A stretch of DNA of 64,000 nucleotides from Octopus bimaculoides (lineage: Eukaryota), in the NCBI RefSeq assembly GCF_001194135.2, contig NC_068984.1:25234142-25298141 (forward strand), written 5' to 3'. The notes below the pieces were generated by a model. The model was not told the origin of the DNA, searched no databases, and saw only the letters and a list, made by a program, of their open reading frames with translations. The position numbers and the translations under genes were made by a program. Below, one piece after another: positions 1 through 11,960 of this stretch. Position 1 is the stretch's first letter, and each line of letters opens with the position of its first letter.

Positions 1-923
1 GAATAGCAAAATTCAACACGTGTGTATGGAAAAAAAATAACACTGACTTAAATGTTGGTAAAAGAGAACTCACTATGAAAAAGGGATTTTTTTCAGTAGG
101 TCAGGAACAGAAACGTAGCAGAATTTCCTAAACAAAACCTAAAGTTAATAATGAAGAAAAAAATATCTATAATGAAGTCTTGGGAGAGAAAATATATTGA
201 ACGAAATGGGAGGGAAAAGAGATCACAATAAAGAAGTAATCTGCTCATTAAGATTACTGACCCAAGAAATCTGAAAATTTATTTCCAAAAACAATTTAAT
301 TAGTTCTAAGATCCAAGATACAAAAGCATATTACATTTCAAAAAGAAGTGGCATGATAACATGCTTGCCTATATCGATTCTTAATTAAGTTCATTTGGTG
401 ACTGTTCTTGTTTCTACGAAAGTAATGGGTGATAAAATTATAGCATAATTCCTTTCTTCATTGAACTTTCTACAAGAAATATTATATCTAAATTGCTAAA
501 GACATATGTAAATACAACTAAAGAAATATTAAATTTAAAGTTTATAATTATGTGTGTGCATATACACACACATTCACACACATAATTATAAACTCTAAAT
601 ACACATATAAGAAAATTTGTATAGCTAATATAAAGTTAGCATACTGGTACAGTAATACAGTGTCTGAAAGACTGCATTATTGTTGCTGTTCTTTCTTTCA
701 ATAACAATGATGACAAACAATATCTGAATATATGAAAGCTAGCAAACAGAAATCTGATATCAAATTATGATAATGCATTTTTTGAATATGCGCAAAGGAA
801 TGATTGACAACAATAAAATACATTAAAAAAAAATAAAATATGAAAATGTAAGCAAAAATCATTTTCAGAAGGCAAGCAAGAAAATAAAATTATGTAGAGA
901 AATTTCTAAACTGGACAACATAC

Positions 924-1031
924 CAAACTTTGGACCAACAGGATATGAACGTTTTTCATCATTAGCATTTATTGTAACGCCACTGGAGTTAGCAACGTTG
1001 AGCGCAGGAGAAGTGTCTCTCCGACGAGTTG
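924..1031 (-). CDS. RAPGEF2: PDZ-GEF exon 23: (P)TRRRDTSPALNVANSSGVTINANDEKRSYPVGPKF (not in ORF track)
   Basis: Acceptor ctatttcag, donor GTATGT; 108 nt, phase 1-1, open frame, CpG-containing island in AT-rich surroundings; weaker homology than the domain exons. Confidence 0.8.
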
Positions 1032-3331
1032 CTGAAATAGATAATAAAAATACTGCTTATATTCACAGAAATAACTAGTACGAATTTTATAATTTTCTAG
1101 AATTTGGAAGAAGAGTTAAAACTGTAACTAAATGAGAAAATATGTAAGTCATATTTTAAAATTATTTCAAAAATTTGAATAATTGAATTAGGAATAAAAA
1201 GGGAAGAAGAAATCTAGATGTACACATAAACTAAGTAATGAAGTCAAATTCATTATGTGCTAGTATTTAAGAAGTATTACTAATACGAAACACTTTTGCA
1301 CAATATGATGGATCAAATTATTTTGAATCTTCTTTTCTAATAAAGAAACCTTAAAACTTTTCAATTATATGTAATTATTCAATTTAGAAAATGTTCCCTA
1401 AACAGAAAAGGGTTTGATGACAGCAAATAATTTTTTTTTTAAATTTATTTGCTACAATCAAACTGTTTTTTGTTATTTATGGAACATTTTCTAAAACTCA
1501 AAGTTAATCATTTTTATTAAGTTTCTTGTGTAACTAGATACCTCAAAGCTGGAACTTATAAGGGTGACCCATCCATCAATGAATTTACTAATTTTTCAAT
1601 TTTACAATAGGAAATATCTGTCCTAAATGTAAGTGACAACACTACAAAGATTTACACCTAGCTAGACTGAGGTAATAAATGGAAGAAAAAAAATGGAGGG
1701 AAAAAAAGGTGAGTGACTGCAGTAAAAGCTAATTCGAAAATAAACAAGTACATATGTATGCATGTGTATAGACACAAGCATATATCATGTTATTTATTAA
1801 AAATAAATATTTCATTCATCCTTAGTGAAAGAAAGACATTTCTCTATAACCATGTAACTGATAGCCTGCTTGTTAATACTTGAATCAACATAATCGTTCC
1901 CAAAATGTTATTTACCATCCATTCACATATTTCATTTCATTTTAGTAAAGACTCCAAAAATTTAGTTGAGACCCTGGCAAAATTAGAAGCACCTCCATAT
2001 ATCATTAGTTATAAAATTTTTTTGATTTACCTCGAACCAACATTTTGTCTATTTAGCATAGTTAAATAGTTGACCAAATCTAAATGTAAACATACACAAT
2101 GAAAGGAAGGAGAGAGAAAGAGGAAGAAGTGGCTTTCATCATGAATATTTAATATGTCATGATGTCACATCATTCTGAAATAGATTGAAAGCATAGTTCA
2201 GAGGATCAAATTAAGTTCACAAAAATGCTTATCTTTCATAACATGTATATTTTGTTTACCCACCTTAGGATGGTTCAAATAGAATGGAAAGTGACAGAGC
2301 AAGTATTTTATAGCAGCACACCATTCTTAAACTATTACCATGAAATATAGGCAGAGAAATCCAACAATTTAAAACACTTAGAATTAAAATTATTAGAAAT
2401 CATGATGAAAAATCTCAAGATAATAGATCTCATTTATTTTTAATATGATAGTATTTGATGGCAGAAAGAAAACCGCTCATGAATAAAGTGAATCACAAAT
2501 TGTTTATTCAATCTATCTCTGTCTCTCTCCCTCTTTTCTTTCCTTGTAGGTAAGTGGTGAATGAGAATTTCAGTAATGATATACAAACTTATTTTATATT
2601 GCAATTTGTGAAAAGCAGCATCATTGGTTCCAAGTTTCTAAACGGTCTATTACTGGTTCACTGTAATTCTGATGGTGCAAGTGCCTAGAGAGCTTTGTTA
2701 ACTTAGTGGAGCATATTTGAAGAACACTGGTCATCACCAATGTTTGCCAACATATAACAAAAGCTATTAACAAAAACACACACACATACATACATATATA
2801 TATATGACAGGCTTTCACACAGTTTCTGTCTACTAAATTTCATTCTTAAGGTATTGGTCAATCAGAAGCTACAGTAATGGACATTAGTCCAAAGTGCCAT
2901 GCAATGAGATCAGACTTGGGACCATGTGATTGCAAAGCTAAATTCTTCACTACACAACCATGCCTAAGCCTACAAGGTAATGATTATATGTCTGACAGCT
3001 CAATCAAACCCTTCATATCAGTTTAATTGATAAAGTAAAAATTATTGGAAACTGCATTTCCTTTTGGAATAAGAATTTTAATATATGGCGAATTTTACAA
3101 AATAAATCCTCTCAGAAGCATATTTGACTAACAGAAATTCAAACATCTTGGTTTGAAGTGCTACTGTGCATGCAAAGTTACATATAGGCTTTGAAGCATG
3201 CAGTGTGAGAGATGAGACTTGGTGAATCAGAGCTATTGTTTGCACCAATGATCCATGAGAAAGTACCACATTTCTATGGCTACAGCTTATGTGCAACACA
3301 TCTACAGAATCATTAAAAACTATGTACTCAC

Positions 3332-3352
3332 CTGTGTCAGCAACTGCACAAG
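3332..3352 (-). CDS. RAPGEF2: Candidate microexon between exons 22 and 23 (21 nt; alternative acceptors give 12, 30 or 33 nt)
   Basis: Consensus donor CAG/GTGAGT at 3331; four upstream AGs all give multiples of 3 and an open phase 1-1 frame; two TGCATG motifs downstream. Confidence 0.5.
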
Positions 3353-3616
3353 CTGGCAGTGCTTCTTCCATATAAAAGGGGAAACACTAATATGGATCAG
3401 TCCGGGGTGACCCTTTGAGGAATAGGTCAAAATTAATCAAGAGCAGACATATTTATTTTTAATCTTTCCCTGAAGACCAGCAGACTGAAATATGCTGATT
3501 GCAGTAGATTAGACAAGTGCTAAAACACCCTGACACGACCCACAGTAATGAGTATGGTACAAAGGGTAAGCAGGAAAAAAGAGTTGGAAACAAGGAGTTT
3601 GACAAGAGTCACTTAC

Positions 3617-3716
3617 GAGGAGGTTCACACTGAAGGGACAACTCCTGCAATTTGTCTTCATCAGTTATCACTGGCATTTTATTCAAGTACGACTTAACAC
3701 GTTTGATCATCTGAGC
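3617..3716 (-). CDS. RAPGEF2: PDZ-GEF exon 22: AQMIKRVKSYLNKMPVITDEDKLQELSLQCEPP (not in ORF track)
   Basis: Translated by hand; acceptor ttttccag, donor GTAAGT; 100 nt, phase 0-1; resembles AQMARKVKQYL...SLQCEP. Confidence 0.95.
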
Positions 3717-3899
3717 CTGGAAAATAAGAAAAAGAGAAAATAATCATTTCTTCATCGTCATCAAAAATACATTAAATGTAGAGTACAATAGTTAAAGAAC
3801 TGAAAATTTTGACTCATGGCAAGTTTCTAAAAGGATTGCAGTTCTAATTAAAAGGGATTTAGAAAAATTTGCCACAAACAATGGTCAAAAAAGATTTAA

Positions 3900-4086
3900 T
3901 CCTTCTGGCACCAATTTAACTGAAATCACCCCTAGTTCTATGGAACAAACTAGGTTTTAATGTGATCTAAATTACAACTACTCATCAAAATTTCATGTTA
4001 TGTTGCAAACACTAGCTTAAAAACAAATTCTTTGCTTTCAAAATTAAAGACAGTGCATTTCAACAGAATTATGCTAATAAAAGGGG
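3900..4086. mobile_element. Decayed TTAA-flanked MITE close to the exon 21 donor
   Basis: TTAA at 3896-3899 and 4087-4090; right end CTAATAAAAGGGG; left end mutated. Confidence 0.45.
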
Positions 4087-4118
4087 TTAACAAGTTCAAC
4101 AGGAAGAAAAAGACTTAC

Positions 4119-4250
4119 CTCCTCATACATCTTTTTAGCATTCGGCACTGCTGATCCTCTTCTGTTTTTAGTTCTTTTAAGTGTTGCAACACCTGAGATA
4201 GTTGAACTGCCATAGACAGTGTGTGCATTCAGACACATATTGCTTACATC
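4119..4250 (-). CDS. RAPGEF2: PDZ-GEF exon 21: DVSNMCLNAH...RRGSAVPNAKKMYEE
   Basis: Acceptor ttatccag, donor GTAAGT; 132 nt, phase 0-0. Confidence 0.94.
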
Positions 4251-5247
4251 CTGGATAATAATAACACCAAATAATAATTGATAAATTGATAACATTAAAA
4301 ATTCATTTAAATACCAGAGACATGTCAATATCATTAACATATTTGCAATATCATATATTTTGTCAAATAGAATTTAACAGACCTGTAGCATATGGCTTTG
4401 CTGTATGGACTGTAACAGACTTTATAGGCTGTAACACCAGTATTCTGTTTAAAGAACATCACATATCACATGGATAAACCTAAGATCAAACAACTGTATA
4501 CTACAAAAAGAGAAGATGGTAGGAGAGCACTGGGCATCAGAGAACATTTTGTGTCCAGATATTAAAGTTAAGTTTTATTTACAACTGTGTGTGACAGTGG
4601 TGGTGTATTGTGTTTGAAATTGAGATTTTATCATGTCAGTCAAATAGTAAGGACCATATTATGTGCATGGCAGGCAAAAAATGTATGCATCATCCACTAT
4701 GCAATTGATACAACTGAAATGATATATAGAGGTCAATAGGCTCCTTATAAAAATAGATATAAGAACATTCCGGTAAATACTTGTACCATGATTTCTAACA
4801 AAGCATGTATTAAGTTTGAAAATAAACATATGTAACTGTCAAAATGTACAAAAAAAGATAGGAAAGCATTGATGTGCCCTTCATGTAAGTGGTTTGTGGC
4901 ATGGGCACAGGTTACAGGTGTTGAGGGGGCGGGGGGAATATAGCCAATTAAATCAACCCTGGTACTTGATCTTGATTAGTGTAATTTTATTAATTCTTCA
5001 AGTACAAAAGGTACAGCTGAACCTTGTAAAAATTGTGCTCAAAATAAAATAATACTGTAAGGTATCAAGCTCAAAGCTTTACCAATTTTTTTTTAATAAT
5101 AAAAACTATAATAAAAATGAGAAAGAGGCAATGATAATCATCTGTTATGTGACTTAATGTATTCCAAGATTAGAAATCAAAAATGACTAGCTGTTTTGAG
5201 AAAAACCAGGACCAAAAAATAACTTTTTGCAAAGATTTCAGACTTAC

Positions 5248-5394
5248 ATATCGTGCAGAACACATGTCACATATATGGCGGATTTCTTTAGCAATCATAC
5301 GCAATTTCTCAAAATTGATTAAGCCATCTACCATAGAATCATTGCCAAAGTGAATAAATGTCAGATCTTTCTTGATAACGGGGAAGAAAGGCAA
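5248..5394 (-). CDS. RAPGEF2: PDZ-GEF exon 20: [49 protein letters not shown]
   Basis: Acceptor tctttcag, donor GTAAGT; 147 nt, phase 0-0. Confidence 0.96.
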
Positions 5395-5445
5395 CTGAAA
5401 GAGAAGAATAAAGAATATAAGTAACTACAAACATATATATATCCT

Positions 5446-5485
<40 letters not shown>

Positions 5486-5727
5486 TAGAAATAAGGATAA
5501 ACAAGTTTATATTGTAATTCCTATGTGCATTTCACCATTATGGTTGTTTGGAACCTTGCAATAGATGTTCCAAGTACATTTAGATGCTCAGCCACAATGG
5601 ATTCATCAGGGAACACTTTGTTGCATTAAGTTACATTTATATGCATATAAGTGAAATCATAGTCATGGCTGATGTTGGTGTCACGTAACTGACACCCATG
5701 CTAGTGGCACATAAAGAGCATTGGGCA

Positions 5728-5968
5728 TTGGGCCTCACAGAGGCAAAGTGGTTGAGTTCCTTTCAAGTGTTGGATCTTACGGAGGCAAAGTGGCCTAGTT
5801 CCTTTCGAGTGTTGGGCTTCACAGAGGCAAAGTAGCCGAGTTCCTTTCAAGTGTTGGGCCTCACGGAGGCAAAACGGCTGAGTTCCTTTCCAGTGTTGGG
5901 CTTCACAGAGACAAAGTGGCTAAGTTCCTTTCGAGCGTTGGGCCTCACAGAGATATACTGGCTGAGTT
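5728..5968 (+). repeat. 42-bp tandem array (about 5.7 units) within an RTE fragment
   Basis: Units start at 5728, 5770, 5812, 5854, 5896 and 5938; consensus TTGGGCCTCACAGAGGCAAAGTGGCTGAGTTCCTTTCAAGTG. Confidence 0.92.
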
Positions 5969-6276
5969 ACAAAAGCACATATCAAATTAAAGAATTTGCT
6001 TTGGCACAAAATTCTAGCCTCAACTAATTACTATAGTTTCTCAGTTTGTAAAAGACCACACAAACACACACATATATATCATCTTTATATAGCCTTTCTA
6101 TGCTTGATTGGGAGCTTTTGAGGCAGTCTTTTATGGTTAAATGTGCTTACAAATGTTAGTGCTTTTAGTTGCAGTTTGCAACATGCAAGAACTGCATGAT
6201 GAAATAAACATTAAGAAAATAGAAAGCATAAAAATAAAATCAATATTGGGACTTCAATATTCAACAATTTACTCAC

Positions 6277-6360
6277 CATTGGGGGTTGTGTATTTTCAGG
6301 ACTAATCAAGGTTCTGTACTTGGCCATATTACGTGAAGGATTCATTAACTCTTGAAGATC
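6277..6360 (-). CDS. RAPGEF2: PDZ-GEF exon 19: [28 protein letters not shown] (not in ORF track)
   Basis: Translated by hand; acceptor cattgcag, donor GTGAGT; 84 nt; PSRNMAKYR motif. Confidence 0.96.
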
Positions 6361-6399
6361 CTGCAATGTTTAAACATCAGATTTATTTAACTTTATTCA

Positions 6400-6760
6400 C
6401 TCATCTATGTTGGTTGTGGCAGTATTTGCAGCCATCTAATTAGCTACTTGACCAGAGAATGAAATCGTGAATAAGGCAACTCCTTATCAATGTTCAGTCA
6501 GAATACTTGGCAGTTAGTGGTTGAGATGAAAACTTGAGCAGGAAGGATTCCAATAAAAATGCATGTATGAAGAGGAAGGATTGGTAAAAGAGTTTAGATG
6601 AAGAATAGAGTACAGTAAGAGCAATTGGAGATATTGGTGCAACAACTGTGTTTAGATGAAGGTGGGGTAGCAAGGAAAGTGGGAGTATACAGACTGTCGG
6701 TAGATTAGTGGTTCTGGAGTAATGGTGCTAAACCAGTGTCCATAGGACTCTTGTGGGACT
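6400..6760 (-). mobile_element. Degenerate 3' end of a non-LTR retrotransposon ORF
   Basis: Composite frames LAPLL...PLIYRQS...FFI...LPAQVFISTTNCQVF*LNIDK resemble a LINE C-terminal WNSLP...VF...FKxxIN motif; heavily decayed. Confidence 0.4.
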
Positions 6761-7087
6761 GTACAAGATTTTGTTGTTAAAAAATTATGCACAATAAACT
6801 GGTTATACTTCTACAAACACAAAATATTTTAAGGGTCCTAGCAGACTTATGCTTATCCAGCTCCCTAGTCTATGACACTCAGTCTCTCACCAGTAATACA
6901 GTCACATTAGATACAAAGCAATTTTAAAAGGATTTTATATTTTTTTATTTAAAAAAAAAAATCATGTCTTATACACTGGCAAATATGGTAATTTAGTTTC
7001 TAAAAAGAAAAAAAGAACTGAAATCTAATATAACCATATTGATTTTGCAAGAAAATTATCTTGGGTTAAATATCTCCACTTTCTTAC

Positions 7088-7215
7088 CTGAAACATCTTC
7101 TGATATTTATTGGGTAGTTTATCCCATGTGTTCCTAAGTCTTGATACTGCACCATGTCCAAGACCCCCAATGATGGCATACATAGAATTGAAGTTTTTAC
7201 AATCTTTGCAATGTT
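7088..7215 (-). CDS. RAPGEF2: PDZ-GEF exon 18: (K)HCKDCKNFNSMYAIIGGLGHGAVSRLRNTWDKLPNKYQKMFQ
   Basis: Acceptor ttttccag, donor GTAAGA; 128 nt, phase 1-0. Confidence 0.96.
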
Positions 7216-7744
7216 CTGGAAAAGAGAAAAATGTAATTAACAGAGACAAACTAGAAATATAGATTGAATTTCTAAAATAATTAGAAATGGTAATTACTTG
7301 CAAAAAAATAGGACATTTAATTTAGCAAATAATCAATGAGTCTATAATAGTTAGATGACACTAAGATTTTAAAATATTAGATGCAATCATCCAGCAGTCT
7401 GTCTTGTGAATGTAATTACAGATTTGAAAATTGTGTAATTCTGAAAATGTGTACATTGTCAGATCTGTTTACATAGGATTCAATGTACATTTATGAAAGT
7501 GAAACTATAAGTTTGAAAATAACTGTAAATGTATATCTGCTTATATGAATGTGTGTATGTGTGTGTGCATGTTTTACTGTTTGAATGATAAGGTGTAATA
7601 CAAATAAATAGAAATTTTAATCTCTTGTTACTGGTTATGATTGTCATAACCACTACCACCACAAATTGTGATGCTGACATTACAATCTTCAGCTGAAATA
7701 TGATTAAGCATTTGTAAATAAGATAAAGACACAGACAAACAGCT

Positions 7745-7790
<46 letters not shown>

Positions 7791-8106
7791 AGAAAATGAA
7801 AAAGAATGAAGAGAGAGAAGAAATAATTCTAATTTTGGCACAAGGCCAGCAATTTTGAGAGGAGGGATGGGAACAAATCGATTACATCAACTCCCAGTAT
7901 TTGACTGGTATTTTATAGGCTCTGAAAAGATGAAAGAGCCAAGTTGAACTTGGTGCGATTTGAATTCAGTGGATAAAGAACCAGGAGAAATGCTACGATG
8001 TATTTTGTCTGATGTGTTAACGATTCTACCAGCATCAATAACAAAAGAGAGACAAGAAGAGAGCAATATAAATTTTCTGCATTCATGATAAATTTAGAAA
8101 ACTTAC

Positions 8107-8206
8107 TCGCTATTTTGATGAAATGCTTTAATATTTTCATTCGTTTAACAGGATTGGTTTCACTGCAGACTTCCGATACCACCCAAAACATTTCCCGGTT
8201 TGCAAG
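8107..8206 (-). CDS. RAPGEF2: PDZ-GEF exon 17: [36 protein letters not shown]25 domain
   Basis: Acceptor ttcttcag, donor GTAAGT; 100 nt, phase 0-1. Confidence 0.96.
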
Positions 8207-8344
8207 CTGAAGAAAAGCGAAACAAAATATTAGCTATGTTTTTTCGCTTTATTTTTGAACTCAGAATGTAAAGTAGACATTAAACAATGATGAAGTTAAT
8301 GCATCTTCAATACTTTAAAATGAAATATCATGTAAGACACTTAC

Positions 8345-8579
8345 TTCTTCAAATCTTCTAATGTTATGACAGCCAAATTTAGAATTTATTTTAAAGATAT
8401 CATCAATGTATTCTGTTGGTTCAATCTCACGGAACACTTCAAAGTCAGACAGGGTCAATTGAGAAGCAAGTTCCATGGTATTTAGCTGTAACAGGCTAAT
8501 CTGAGATTCTTTGATTAATTCGCCCATCATTTCTTCAGGTACCAAAGTACCTGTACTTATGTTGTCTTTCAAGTAATAT
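8345..8579 (-). CDS. RAPGEF2: PDZ-GEF exon 16: (R)YYLKDN...[30 protein letters not shown] end and CDC25 start
   Basis: Acceptor ttttctag, donor GTAAGT; 235 nt, phase 2-0. Confidence 0.96.
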
Positions 8580-8805
8580 CTAGAAAACAAAAGAATGACA
8601 AAATGGAAATCATCAGTAGAAGTACTATTGATTAGTTGACATGGCTAGCACCTTGCACATGGTATTGTTTTGAAGAACCTACAAGATTCAACTGTAATTT
8701 AGAAGGTAAAGAGATAGTACAAGATGGTTATTTACCACAAATATGACACAAGCAGATGAAAAGATGAAGACTACAGTAACATGATGGTGCTAAATAATAA
8801 TTGTT

Positions 8806-9700
8806 TCAATACAAGCATAAGACCAAAAATTTGGTAGTGGGAGTTAGTCAATACCACTGAACCCAGTACTTTAAGTGGTATTTTATATTATCAACTTCCA
8901 AAAGGATGAAAGGCAAAGTTGACCCCAATGGAATTCGAACTCGCAATGTAGAGAGCTGGAACAAATACTGCAAAACATCTCTTTTCCAATGTTTTAATGA
9001 TTCCAGCAATCCACTACCCTAATATTAATAATAATAATAATATTGGTTTCAAACTTCGACACAGGACCAGCAGTTTTTGAGGGGAGGGGGAAGTTGATTA
9101 TATCAACCACAGTAGTTGACTGGTACTTATTTTATTGACCCTAAAATTATCAAAGGCAAAGTTGACCTTGGTGAAATTTGAACTCAGAAAGTAAAGCCAG
9201 AAGAAATGTTGCTAAGCATTTTGTCCAGCCTGTTAATGATTCTACTAGCTAACCACCTCAATAACAATAATAATGGCTTCAAATTTTTGCCACAAGGGCA
9301 GCCATTTTGGGGGAGGGGATGAGTCAATTACATCAACCCCAGTGTTCAACTCGTACTTATTTTATCAACCCTGAAAGGATGAAAGGCAAAGTCAACCTCA
9401 GCGGAATTTGAACTCAAAACATAGCAATGGGCGAAATACCACTAAGCATTTTGCCCAGCATGCTAAAGATCCTTCCAGCTCTCCGCCTTAATGATAATCC
9501 TTTCTTCTATATGCACAAGGCCTGGAATTTGGAAGGGAGGGGATCAGCTGATTACATCAATCCCAGTACTCAACTGGTACTTATTTTTTCGACCCCCGAA
9601 ACAGCCTCAGCAGAATTTGAACTCAGAACATAGCAATGGGCGAAATATTGCTGAGCTTTCTATCCAGCAATGCTAACAATTCTGTCAGCTCACCACCACC
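8806..9700 (-). mobile_element. Four head-to-tail copies of tRNA-derived SINE family B separated by short AAT spacers
   Basis: Repeated GGATGAAAGGCAAAGT(T/C)(G/A)ACC and GAATTTGAACTC (B box on minus strand); copies start near 8806, 9045, 9274 and 9505. Confidence 0.85.
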
Positions 9701-9719
9701 ACCAACTTTTTTTTTCTTC

Positions 9720-9754
<35 letters not shown>

Positions 9755-9861
9755 TGTTTAACAACATATATAGTAAGGTAAATTATTGTTCTATTTCCTT
9801 AAGTTACAGATACACTAAAATGCTAACTAAGAAAATATTACAGGCGTTTAAAATTATTTAC

Positions 9862-9969
9862 CTGCTGTTAAGTCCAAGTTTTTCATGGAGATTTTGTAAT
9901 TGTTCTGGTAACCTCTTCTGTTTAGTTAACCCTTCAGGAGTTACTGTTACTTCACACAAGCAATAATTT
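9862..9969 (-). CDS. RAPGEF2: PDZ-GEF exon 15: (R)NYCLCEVTVTPEGLTKQKRLPEQLQNLHEKLGLNS, RA domain (not in ORF track)
   Basis: Translated by hand; acceptor ttatacag, donor GTAAAT; 108 nt, phase 2-2; resembles [22 protein letters not shown]. Confidence 0.95.
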
Positions 9970-10473
9970 CTGTATAAAACAAAGGAGAACATATTTATAT
10001 TTGAATTCACAATTTATGATGTGTCCATAATAAACTGTTCAACAATTCAAACAGTTTTTAATCAAAGAGGGGAAAATATGCATATAATAAATCACTTATA
10101 ATTGGTCTTGATTATATCATATATATATCCATTTAGTGTTAAAAGTTACCAAAAAAAACGTACATATACCATTGAGATTAATGATATATTTTATCTGTTG
10201 CTACTCTGTGTTTTACTTGTGGGTACAGAAGATCTTCAAACAAGTTATGATTGAGTCATAACTTGCCTGACAATCCTGTGTACCTCCCTATTTTATCCAC
10301 ACACACTTGGCAAGTCCTTCTTTAGAACTACATACCTCTGGAGTTTACTCCCTATCCATAGGTTAGTCTAAATATTAATATAATTCAATTTAATTACTAC
10401 TTAGATGAACAAGGTTCATGTAAGTAGTAATTAAATTGAATTATATTAATATTTTTTACACCAAAGACTTTAA

Positions 10474-10507
<34 letters not shown>

Positions 10508-10590
10508 TGTTACTATTGAAGTTACCAAAACCAAACAAACTTGTTTTACTTTAGTTAGTTGGAAAAAAGAAAAAGAAAACAAAAACTCAC

Positions 10591-10655
10591 CGACTTGGGT
10601 CAGTAATCCCAAACTCTTGCAATGCCAGCATCACAACAGTTCTTGAATCAGTTTC
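10591..10655 (-). CDS. RAPGEF2: PDZ-GEF exon 14: ETDSRTVVMLALQEFGITDPS, RA domain (not in ORF track)
   Basis: Translated by hand; acceptor atctacag, donor GTGAGT; 65 nt, phase 0-2. Confidence 0.93.
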
Positions 10656-10774
10656 CTGTAGATCGTTAAATAAATGAATTTAATTAATCATTTTTTTTTT
10701 ATAATTGAAATTAATAAAAAGGTCATTTTTAAATAAAAAAATTATTCTAAATATGAATCAAGAGTGAAACTTAC

Positions 10775-11009
10775 CCGGTAAACTGTAAGATATTTGAAGG
10801 ATTGATCCGAGCGATAGATTTTAAGGACATGGTCCGGAAAGTCTGTCTTTGGATCATCTGTTAAACCAGAAACTGATAAATCAGGGTTGCTGATAGACAG
10901 ATGGCTAGACATTCCAGCAGTTGATGATGACGTAGAAGATGACGTGGAAGACTTGCGAGAAGGTTTTGTATATAAGCTTTCATCTGAATGGTTCATACTG
11001 TTATCACTG
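10775..11009 (-). CDS. RAPGEF2: PDZ-GEF exon 13: (S)SDNSMNHSDESL...SISNPDL...DFPDHVLKIYRSDQSFKYLTVYR, RA domain start
   Basis: Tandem acceptor tttCAGCAG, donor GTAAGT; 235 nt (232 with the distal AG), phase 2-0. Confidence 0.93.
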
Positions 11010-11159
11010 CTGAAAGAAAAGCAATGAGATCAAAATCAGTCATCAACTGAATATCAATTTCCAAATTTGTATATATGAGCTGTGTATTTCATTCACTTTA
11101 AAATAACTGAAAGACTTTGAAGTCAGGGAAGAGAAATGAGTGAAATATAAAACGTTTAA

Positions 11160-11335
11160 CCCTTTAGCATTCATTACTCTGTCAAATGTAATGCCTTTTA
11201 TTCACATTGTTTTGAATTAAACATGCATCATTTCATAGCTTCAAGATTCCAATGAAGTGGTTGTTCAATTTAAGAACAACAAACATGAAACAAAGAATAT
11301 TTTGGCCACATATGGCTGGTTTAAATGTTAAAGGG
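11160..11335. mobile_element. piggyBac-type MITE, internally deleted copy
   Basis: TTAA on both sides; CCCTTTAGCATT...AATGTTAAAGGG. Confidence 0.8.
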
Positions 11336-11554
11336 TTAATTTGTAATATTTATTTAAATGGATGGGTGCCAAACATGTTTTTCAATAAGAGTAAACCATG
11401 TACAGGCAGATATGCTTGTAGTAACATAATACAAATAAATGTATAAGGGTCAGGGATTGTTGACAGTGAGGTATACGTTATTGGGAAGCTGTTATCAAAA
11501 TTAGACTGAATACTATGAATTCTTGAACTTCGGAGATAAAGAGATACAAAAAAG

Positions 11555-11960
11555 AGAGATCGTTGCCAGTGCCCCTGGACTGGCTCTTGTCCGGGTGGCA
11601 CATGGGATGCACCATTTTGAGCATGGTCGTTGCCAGTACCGCCTGACTGGCCTTCATAGGATTTTCGAGCGAGATCGTTGCCAGTGCCCCTGGACTGGCT
11701 CTTGTGCGGGTGGCACATAAAAGACACCATTTTGAGCGTGGCCGTTGCCAGTACTGCCTGACTGGCCCTCGTGCAGGTGACACGTAAAAGCACCCACTAC
11801 ACTCTCTGAGTGGTTGGCGTTAGGAAGGGCATCCAGCTGTAGAAACTCTGCCAAATTAGATTGGAGCCTGGTGTTGCCATCCGGTTTCACCAGTCCTCAG
11901 TCAGATCGTCCAACCCATGCTAGCATGGAAAGCGGACATTAAACGAACGATAAACAATGA
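11555..11960 (+). mobile_element. RTE-type 3'-end element with an internal ~114-bp tandem duplication
   Basis: Ends ...GGAAGGGCATCCAGCTGTAGAAAC...CATGCTAGCATGGAAAGCGGACATTAAACGA; shares its 3' terminus with the 51601-52990 LINE. Confidence 0.8.

Noticed and set aside
2520-2556. Plus-strand pyrimidine tract + TAG/GTAAGT resembling a recursive splice site
   Set aside because: It is antisense to the host gene and I found no plus-strand gene; the tract is a TC microsatellite.
5728-5968. 42-bp regular repeats as a CRISPR array
   Set aside because: Units are contiguous with no unique spacers, the context is a eukaryotic intron, and the unit matches the RTE terminus.
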